From: a bacterium
GTDB taxonomy: Bacteria; Patescibacteriota; Minisyncoccia; 2-02-FULL-40-12; IGHO2-12-FULL-4
NCBI GenBank assembly: GCA_030647955.1
Contig: JAUSIQ010000038.1
Location: 421-64,420, forward strand
Direction: 5' to 3'
DNA length: 64,000 nt
Shown here: piece after piece, positions 57,793 to 64,000 of the stretch
Layout of the letters: every line of letters starts with the position of its first letter
How positions within the stretch are numbered: position 1 is the stretch's first letter
Notes under the pieces: model-generated
Databases searched by the model: none
Told to the model about the DNA's origin: nothing
The model's input: the letters and a program-made list of their open reading frames with translations, nothing else
Program-made: the position numbers and the translations under genes

Positions 57793-59576
57793 TAAAAAGC
57801 GTCTTTTGGAGAGTCTTTATTTTGTCTTTCGTCCTCTCCTTTATTCTATTTGGAAATAGTATATTCGGCGATTTTGTTTTTGACGATGTTGCAGTGGTTC
57901 AAAATAGAGCCGACCTGAAAGACAGCGGTAATTTTTTTAATCTCTTTATTTCTTCCTATCATCAGCATATGCCCAAAACTGGGCTCTATCGCCCATTGAC
58001 TATGGCCACTTATGCTATTAATCATGTGGTCTTTAGTTCCTCTCCCGTAAGTTTTCATATTTTTAATATTATTATCCACGCCTTGAATTCTTTTCTAGTC
58101 TTTTGGCTTGTGGATTATTTTTTGAGATCTAAGAAAATGGCGCTGATCTCCTTCGGCTTATTTATTGCTCATCCCCTGCATACGGAAGCAGTCACTTCCA
58201 TTGTCGGACGGGCAGAACTTTTAGCATTTTTTTGGTCATTGATGACCATATTCTATTTTTCAAGAAATAATAAAGTAATGGCCGCAATCTCATTTCTATT
58301 AGCGATGATGAGTAAGGAAGTAGCCTTAGCGGTTTTGCCCATCATATTTTATATGAACGGGGCATTCTTAAACAAAGGTTTTCGCAAAACCATTAAGGAA
58401 TCAGTAATTTTTATCTTCCCCATCGCTATTTATGCCGTATTAAGATTTTTAGCTTTGGGAAAGTATTTTATAAACAACGCCCAAACAACTCTCATAGAAA
58501 ATCAATTGAAATTCTCCTCTTTCCCGGAAAGGATCTTTACGGCGTTAAAGGTCTTATCTTTGTATTTATGGAAATTAATATGGCCCGTTCATCTATCAGC
58601 AGATTATTCCTATAACTCTATCTCTATAGTTAGTAATATTTTTTTGTCACCCGCGGCTCTGTTGGGGGCACTCGCCATCCTCTCTCTGGTGTTCATTATT
58701 GCGTGGAAAAAAACAAGGAGACGGGGATTGGCCCTATCGGCCGCGATGTTTCTAGTACCATATCTGGTTATTTCTAATTTGTTATTCCCCATCGGTACAA
58801 TTATGGGCGAAAGATTAATATATTCATCATCCCTTGGGTTTGTTCTGGCAGTGGCTATCGGCTTGAATAGTATGATTAGCAGGAAGAACCTCGTTTTTAA
58901 AAATACAGGATATTTGCTATTAATTTTTTTGATGGGATTTTATGGTGTACTGACTCATTTAAGAAACAAGGATTGGGGTGATTCTAAAACTCTTTTTTAT
59001 GCTACGGCCAAAGAATCGCCAAATAGTCTAATTACCAGAGTGGGTCTGGCCGCATTACATATCCGGGCGAATAAATGGGAAGAGGCCAAGGAGGAGCTGA
59101 CTGTGGCGCAGAAAATATATGAGGATGATTCCCGTCTGCAAAATTTATTAGGGGTCGTTGCTGACCACGAAGGAAATTTTAAATTAGCGGAAGAAAAATA
59201 TAAAAGATCCATCGCGTTGAATCCAGATGCCATTAACTCTCATATAAATCTGGCTGAGCTTTACTTAAAGCACAATCAATTTAAAGAAGCAGGGGATAAT
59301 TTTCTTAAAGTTATTGAATTCCATCCATTAATTGAGCACGTCGTAAGATTTGGATACATCCAAATTACTCTTGGAAACCCGGACGGAGCGCTAGATGTGT
59401 TAGAAAAGCACATGGGCAGAGAGGCTGACCATTCTGATTTGGCGGCTATGGCTGGAACCGCTTATTTTGTCAAAAAGGACTATCAACAAGCTCTAGCATA
59501 CCTTAAAAAAGCCCGCGAACTTGGGCATAAAGCTTCAGAAATAGAAGAGATGATAAAGATTGCCGAAACAAGGTGA
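57789..59576 (+). CDS. TMTC-like GT-C fold membrane glycosyltransferase with C-terminal TPR repeats (paralog)
   Basis: GDFVFDDVAVVQNRADL motif. Polytopic N-terminal half, then TPR repeats. Confidence 0.5.
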   Translation: MIKSVFWRVFILSFVLSFILFGNSIFGDFVFDDVAVVQNRADLKDSGNFFNLFISSYHQHMPKTGLYRPLTMATYAINHVVFSSSPVSFHIFNIIIHALNSFLVFWLVDYFLRSKKMALISFGLFIAHPLHTEAVTSIVGRAELLAFFWSLMTIFYFSRNNKVMAAISFLLAMMSKEVALAVLPIIFYMNGAFLNKGFRKTIKESVIFIFPIAIYAVLRFLALGKYFINNAQTTLIENQLKFSSFPERIFTALKVLSLYLWKLIWPVHLSADYSYNSISIVSNIFLSPAALLGALAILSLVFIIAWKKTRRRGLALSAAMFLVPYLVISNLLFPIGTIMGERLIYSSSLGFVLAVAIGLNSMISRKNLVFKNTGYLLLIFLMGFYGVLTHLRNKDWGDSKTLFYATAKESPNSLITRVGLAALHIRANKWEEAKEELTVAQKIYEDDSRLQNLLGVVADHEGNFKLAEEKYKRSIALNPDAINSHINLAELYLKHNQFKEAGDNFLKVIEFHPLIEHVVRFGYIQITLGNPDGALDVLEKHMGREADHSDLAAMAGTAYFVKKDYQQALAYLKKARELGHKASEIEEMIKIAETR

Positions 59577-59595
59577 GTAAGCTATAATATAGCGG

Positions 59596-60909
59596 ATGAA
59601 TTATAAAAGCAAAAAGGCCATAATTACGTACGTAATTATTATTTTGGGGGCGTATTTAGTCTTGACGGGCTTTCAATTACTTAAAAAAATAACCGGATAT
59701 AATGTGCCGAGCTTAACGAGGCCGGATGTTACGTTACAGCCAGGCCAAACCAGCTTGACCCATCTTAAGATAAGCGATGGATTTAAAATAGAAGTTTTTG
59801 CCAAAGATTTAAGTGGACCAAGAGTCATTGCTTTCGGTCCTAGCGGAGAGGTGCTGGTCAGCGAGACAAAAGCCGGTAGCGTTGCAATTTTGTTAGATGA
59901 CGATAAGGATGGGGTAGCTGATTCTAAAAAGATTTTGATTGACGGGTTAAATAATCCTCACGGACTAGCCTTTTTTCAGAAATCAGATAAAGACCCCACT
60001 CATCTTTATATAGCAGAATCAAACGAAGTCAGAAGATACCCCTATGATGTTAATAAGCTAGAGCTTATAGATAAAACGGGCCAGAGCATCGTCAATTTAC
60101 CGGACGGAGGAAGGCATTTTACAAGAACGATAGCATTTGGGCCCAACTTTAGAGAAACGCCCATCCTTTCCGGGAAGAGAGGCAATGATACCTTAGCTCC
60201 CACCAAGCTGTATGTTAGTGTAGGATCATCTTGTGATATTTGTGTTGAGAGTACCTGGAAAAGAGCGGCCATTTTGGAGTCGGATCCGGACGGAAGTTAC
60301 ACGGCGGAATTTGCGGGAGGATTAAGGAATGCGGTTTTTTTCGATTTTCATCCGGTAACGGGGGAGATCTGGGCTACGGAGATGGGCAGAGATAATCTGG
60401 GAGATGATTTACCGCCCGATGAAGTTAATATTATAAAAGTCGCGACCAACGAACATGAATTCGGGGCAAGACGATATGGCTGGCCATTCTGCTATGGCAA
60501 GAGAGTAGAAGATAAAACATTTAAACCAGCAAAAGTGGAAAGAATCGATATTCCCAGCGACTGTAGCCAGACCGAATCAGCCACCATTGAGTTGCCTGCC
60601 CACTCTGCGCCACTCGGTCTGACTTTTATATCCGCTGATCAGTGGCCTTCAGAATATAAAAACAACCTATTGGTTGCCTATCACGGCTCTTGGAATAGGA
60701 GCGAACCGACCGGGTATAAGATCGTTAGGTTCGTCACGGATAGTAAAGGGAATATAATCAAGTCGGAAGATTTTATTTCCGGATGGTTGAAAAGCAAAGA
60801 CGAAATACTGGGCCGTCCGGTTGATCTGAAATTTGATGCTGGCGGCTTGCTTTATATTTCAGATGATGCCGCCGGGATTATTTATAAAGTCACTCCACTA
60901 AATGGATAA
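59596..60909 (+). CDS. PQQ-dependent sugar dehydrogenase family protein (soluble glucose/sorbosone dehydrogenase-like beta-propeller)
   Basis: N-terminal TM. GLNNPHGLAFF, RYGWPFCYG (YGWP motif), GRPVDLKFDAGGLLYISDD. Confidence 0.6.
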   Translation: MNYKSKKAIITYVIIILGAYLVLTGFQLLKKITGYNVPSLTRPDVTLQPGQTSLTHLKISDGFKIEVFAKDLSGPRVIAFGPSGEVLVSETKAGSVAILLDDDKDGVADSKKILIDGLNNPHGLAFFQKSDKDPTHLYIAESNEVRRYPYDVNKLELIDKTGQSIVNLPDGGRHFTRTIAFGPNFRETPILSGKRGNDTLAPTKLYVSVGSSCDICVESTWKRAAILESDPDGSYTAEFAGGLRNAVFFDFHPVTGEIWATEMGRDNLGDDLPPDEVNIIKVATNEHEFGARRYGWPFCYGKRVEDKTFKPAKVERIDIPSDCSQTESATIELPAHSAPLGLTFISADQWPSEYKNNLLVAYHGSWNRSEPTGYKIVRFVTDSKGNIIKSEDFISGWLKSKDEILGRPVDLKFDAGGLLYISDDAAGIIYKVTPLNG

Positions 60910-63160
60910 ATCTAAACTGATAAAATTCATAAGATTTGGTTTATATCTAACGGCTTTTGTGCCGCTAGTTATATTTAGGGAATTCATTTCCCCTTTTAAT
61001 GTTGGCAAAGTAATAGTTTTCAGAAGTCTGATAGAGATCCTGGGAGCGGCCTATGTCATTCTGATTCTAAAAGACAGAACTTACCTGCCTCGCCGAGATA
61101 AAATATTCTGGGCGCTGTTGCTGTTCGTGGCCGCATTTACAATCTCGGCATCTGCCAGTGTCGTGACCCACAACAGTTTATGGGGCAATATTGAGAGGAT
61201 GGGCGGACTCTGGACATTACTACATTATCTCGTTTATTTTATAATTTTAAGTGCACTATTTACAAAAATAGAACATTGGCACAGGTTTTTAAACCTAACC
61301 ATTCTTTCCGGGGTGTTGTCGGCATTCTACGGCTTTGGACAGAAGACCAATATAGATTTTTTCCTAGGCTCCGGCGGCAGAGCGAGGATCATTGGAACTA
61401 TCGGCAACGCGGCGCTCTTTGCCGGCTATCAGCTGTTCATGGTCTTTCTCTCTTTGATGATGTTTTTTAGGCCGAATACTCAAGGGGCGAAAGCGTGGTA
61501 TTTGTTTGCCTTTGCCATTTCTTCAACGGCCGTACTTATGACTGCGGTGAGGGGTTCTCTCCTGGGTTATGGCGTGGGGCTGATCGTCTTTGCTTTCCTA
61601 TGGTCTAGGCATCAGCAGTCAGTCTTGGCCAAGCGGGCGTTAGTTGGTCTGTTGGGCGCGGCCGTACTCTTTGTGGTTTTCTCTTTGCTGTTTCATGACA
61701 CTTATTTTGTCCAAAATTCCAGATATCTAAGCCGGATAACCAGTTTATCCCCGACTTCCTTTACGGTCCAAACTCGAGTTTGGGCTTGGGAAGCGGGCCT
61801 CAAAGGCTGGAGCGAGGGTGCTAAAAATATAATTTTGGGCTGGGGGCCGGAGAATTTTAATTTCCCATTCTCCAAACACTTTAACCCAAATTTCTATACC
61901 GGACTGGGGTCAGAAACATTTTTTGACCGCGCTCACAATATGTTTGTGGAGGTCTTAGTGACGATGGGGCTGCTGGGCCTGGTCGCCTACCTTAATATTT
62001 TTGTGGCATTTTTCGCTTATTTAAAAAGATTATTGAAAAGACCGGAGGCGGCTATTTACGGCATAGGGCTGACGTCTTTGGCGGTTGCTTACATTATCCA
62101 CAACTCTTTTATCTTTGATGCCGCTTCTAATCTTATCGTCTTTTTTGGTGTCCTGGGTTTTATTTCATATCTGAATGGAAATACCGGCCCCACTCCGGAG
62201 GGGCGAGGCTTATCAACCGATAATTTAAAGCAGGGTGCGCTTCTAAAGAATAAAATGGCGGTCAATGTCGTCGCGGTTGTTTTGGCGGCGTTTGTCGGAG
62301 CTTTGATCTACACCATAAACATCTTGCCGTTAAAAGCCAACTACGCGACCACCAGAGGCATCGTGGCCGGCCAGCGCGGTAATTTTAAGGAGGCGCACGC
62401 CAAATTCAAAGAGGCTCTTTCATATGATGTGCCCGGCAAATATGAATTTAGGCATCGATTCGCGCAGTATTTGGTTGGCGACAATGGACCGAGCACCAGA
62501 GAGGCGGCCACACGGGAAGCCTATGCGGATGCCTTGGCCGGGGTTGATAAAAATATAGAGGAGAATCCCGGCGATTTTCTGCCGTATTTATACGGTTCTC
62601 GGTTGAATATTAATCTTGGTAAGAATGATCCCCAATCTCCATATAATGATGAAGCTTTAGAGTATTCCATGAAAGCTTTAAAGCTTTCCCCGACATTTCT
62701 TAGGACGTACCATGAAATAGCCCAAGCCCACCTCAATAAAAAAGATTATCCTAAAGCCATTGAATATTTCCAAAAAGCGGTGGATCTGAATCCGGACGTG
62801 GGGGTGCATTATTGGTATCTGGGCACGGTAAAAATTGAAAGTGGCGACCAGACCGGCGTGGAGGACTTGGAGAAAGCGGTGACTGTTCTCCATCCGCATG
62901 CTTCAAGTGAGTTGTATTATCTAAAATTAGTAAATATTTATCTCACCGAGAATAACTTCGCCAAGATTGCTGAAATGTATGAGAAGATTATTGCCATTAA
63001 TCCCGGAAATCCCCAGTACTACGCTTCGTTGGCGGTGGCCTATGCCAAATTGGGAAGATTGGATGACGCGGAAAGGGTGACAAGACAAGCAGTTAAGGTT
63101 GATCCGTCCTTTGAGGCCGATGCCCGTATTTTTCTCCGTAGTATCGGCCGTGAATTTTAG
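60902..63160 (+). CDS. O-antigen ligase/polymerase-like (Wzy_C) membrane protein with C-terminal TPR repeats
   Basis: Polytopic protein. Wzy_C signature RAHNMFVEVLVTMGLLG (H-N-x2-L-x4-E-x-G-x2-G). C-terminal TPR-like repeats. Confidence 0.6.
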   Translation: MDKSKLIKFIRFGLYLTAFVPLVIFREFISPFNVGKVIVFRSLIEILGAAYVILILKDRTYLPRRDKIFWALLLFVAAFTISASASVVTHNSLWGNIERMGGLWTLLHYLVYFIILSALFTKIEHWHRFLNLTILSGVLSAFYGFGQKTNIDFFLGSGGRARIIGTIGNAALFAGYQLFMVFLSLMMFFRPNTQGAKAWYLFAFAISSTAVLMTAVRGSLLGYGVGLIVFAFLWSRHQQSVLAKRALVGLLGAAVLFVVFSLLFHDTYFVQNSRYLSRITSLSPTSFTVQTRVWAWEAGLKGWSEGAKNIILGWGPENFNFPFSKHFNPNFYTGLGSETFFDRAHNMFVEVLVTMGLLGLVAYLNIFVAFFAYLKRLLKRPEAAIYGIGLTSLAVAYIIHNSFIFDAASNLIVFFGVLGFISYLNGNTGPTPEGRGLSTDNLKQGALLKNKMAVNVVAVVLAAFVGALIYTINILPLKANYATTRGIVAGQRGNFKEAHAKFKEALSYDVPGKYEFRHRFAQYLVGDNGPSTREAATREAYADALAGVDKNIEENPGDFLPYLYGSRLNINLGKNDPQSPYNDEALEYSMKALKLSPTFLRTYHEIAQAHLNKKDYPKAIEYFQKAVDLNPDVGVHYWYLGTVKIESGDQTGVEDLEKAVTVLHPHASSELYYLKLVNIYLTENNFAKIAEMYEKIIAINPGNPQYYASLAVAYAKLGRLDDAERVTRQAVKVDPSFEADARIFLRSIGREF

Positions 63161-63171
63161 TTACCTTCCAT

Positions 63172-64000
63172 TTAAAACAGTTCTTCTGTCCGTTTAGTCA
63201 TTTTATCTAAGGAAAATTTAAATAGGACGGTTTGGTGGCCGTTAATGCCGAGGTCGTGGCTAAGGCGATGGTTGGAAAGAATCTCAGAGATTTTGGCGGA
63301 GATTTGAGCCGATCTTTTGGGATCGACGATTAGACCATTTTTTCCGTCTTCAATAATTTCTGGAACCGCCCCCACGCTCGTGGCGATGACCGGTACTTTA
63401 GCGGCCATGGCTTCTAATACGGCCCAGGGAAAGCCTTCCTTGACCGAAGATAAGACAAAGATATCAAAGGCGGTGAGAAATTCGCTGGCGCGAGGAACGC
63501 GGCCCATCAAAAAAACTTTTTTTTGCAATCTTTTTTCGGCAATTAATTTTTCTAGTTCGGCTCTTTCTTGGCCATCTCCGAAAATAACAAAAGCTACCTC
63601 CTCATTATCTCGAAAAGCTTCAGCGGCAGAAATAAAATAGCGCAAACCCTTGGTGGGGTAGAAGTTGGCAATAGTTCCTATGATCGTTTTAGTGTGGAAA
63701 ATTTTACCGGCGTATTTGGCAATCTTTTCAAAGAGTTTTAAGCGCGCCTCTTCGCGGGGAAGGAGGGTAGTTTTGTAGACATCTAGACCATTGTGGATCA
63801 TTAGTAATTTTTCTTTGGGCCGAATATTAAGATCTTGGGCTTGGCGGAAGTCGTGCTGATTGTTGACGATAATAATATCTTTCCAGCGCGCGCTAATTTT
63901 TTCGAGAGTGATCCAAAGTTTTTTCTTCCAGCTTGGCCAGGGATCATTGAAGGTCCATCCCCCAATCCGATAAATTACTTTGAGGTTTCTGATGTGGTAG
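63172..64000 (-). CDS. Glycosyltransferase family 4 (partial, runs off the window end)
   Basis: C-terminal domain FDIFVLSSVKEGFPWAVLEAMAAKVPVIATSVGAVPEIIEDGKNGLIVDP. The reading frame stays open upstream of the annotated Met (..ISARWKDIIIVNNQHDFRQAQDLNIRPKEKLLMIHNGLDV) to position 64000. Confidence 0.7.
   Translation of the reverse strand, partial: YHIRNLKVIYRIGGWTFNDPWPSWKKKLWITLEKISARWKDIIIVNNQHDFRQAQDLNIRPKEKLLMIHNGLDVYKTTLLPREEARLKLFEKIAKYAGKIFHTKTIIGTIANFYPTKGLRYFISAAEAFRDNEEVAFVIFGDGQERAELEKLIAEKRLQKKVFLMGRVPRASEFLTAFDIFVLSSVKEGFPWAVLEAMAAKVPVIATSVGAVPEIIEDGKNGLIVDPKRSAQISAKISEILSNHRLSHDLGINGHQTVLFKFSLDKMTKRTEELF

Overview
This 64-kb window looks like a chromosomal segment from a small-genome, Patescibacteria/CPR-like bacterium. 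The lineage call is inference from about 45% GC, short intergenic spacers with stop/start overlaps such as ATGA, many GT4 glycosyltransferases, and a few very large secreted multi-domain proteins. The housekeeping genes I recognise are murJ, lepA, an ftsB-like gene, ftsE/ftsX, prfB with its canonical +1 programmed frameshift site, msrB, bcp, a DEAD-box helicase, an RsuA/RluB-type pseudouridine synthase, and a DsbA-VKOR-DoxX-DsbA oxidative-folding cluster. There are two tRNAs, Gly-CCC and Gln-CTG. Several sigma70-type promoters (TTGACA-17-TATAAT-like) and rho-independent terminators are readable. No CRISPR array, integrase, transposase or rRNA was found. The observations I would look at again are these:
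- The window opens inside a DGR-type reverse transcriptase that is frameshifted at an A4 run. An Avd-like four-helix-bundle gene lies 1.1 kb downstream, with GT4 genes interleaved.
- typA/bipA is otherwise intact but carries two in-frame stop codons 12 nt apart.
- A roughly 270-nt GC-rich structured transcript sits between a strong promoter and a terminator immediately after tRNA-Gln. It is a candidate ncRNA or leader.
- A separately encoded 4xCxxC zinc-ribbon protein sits directly upstream of a standalone Clp-D2-type AAA+ ATPase that carries an LGF loop. I read this as a possible split ClpX-like unfoldase.
- A MazG-like, Cas4-like PD-(D/E)XK nuclease and Bcp operon.
- An S-layer-like giant protein gene with a strong promoter, a roughly 430-nt leader and tandem terminators. 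It is followed by a putative surface-glycosylation cluster of two TMTC-like GT-C proteins with TPR, a PQQ-type sugar dehydrogenase, a Wzy_C O-antigen-ligase-like protein with TPR, and a GT4.
- Several giant extracellular proteins: LamG/FN3/beta-helix; tandem Ig-like repeats; a Cys-rich SPYPT-repeat protein; and an S1-P1 nuclease/PLC-like domain with a lamin-tail domain and a PQQ propeller.
- A degenerate HtrA-like pseudo-protease.
All of this is by-eye reading of the sequence and the supplied ORF track. Nothing was searched against a database.
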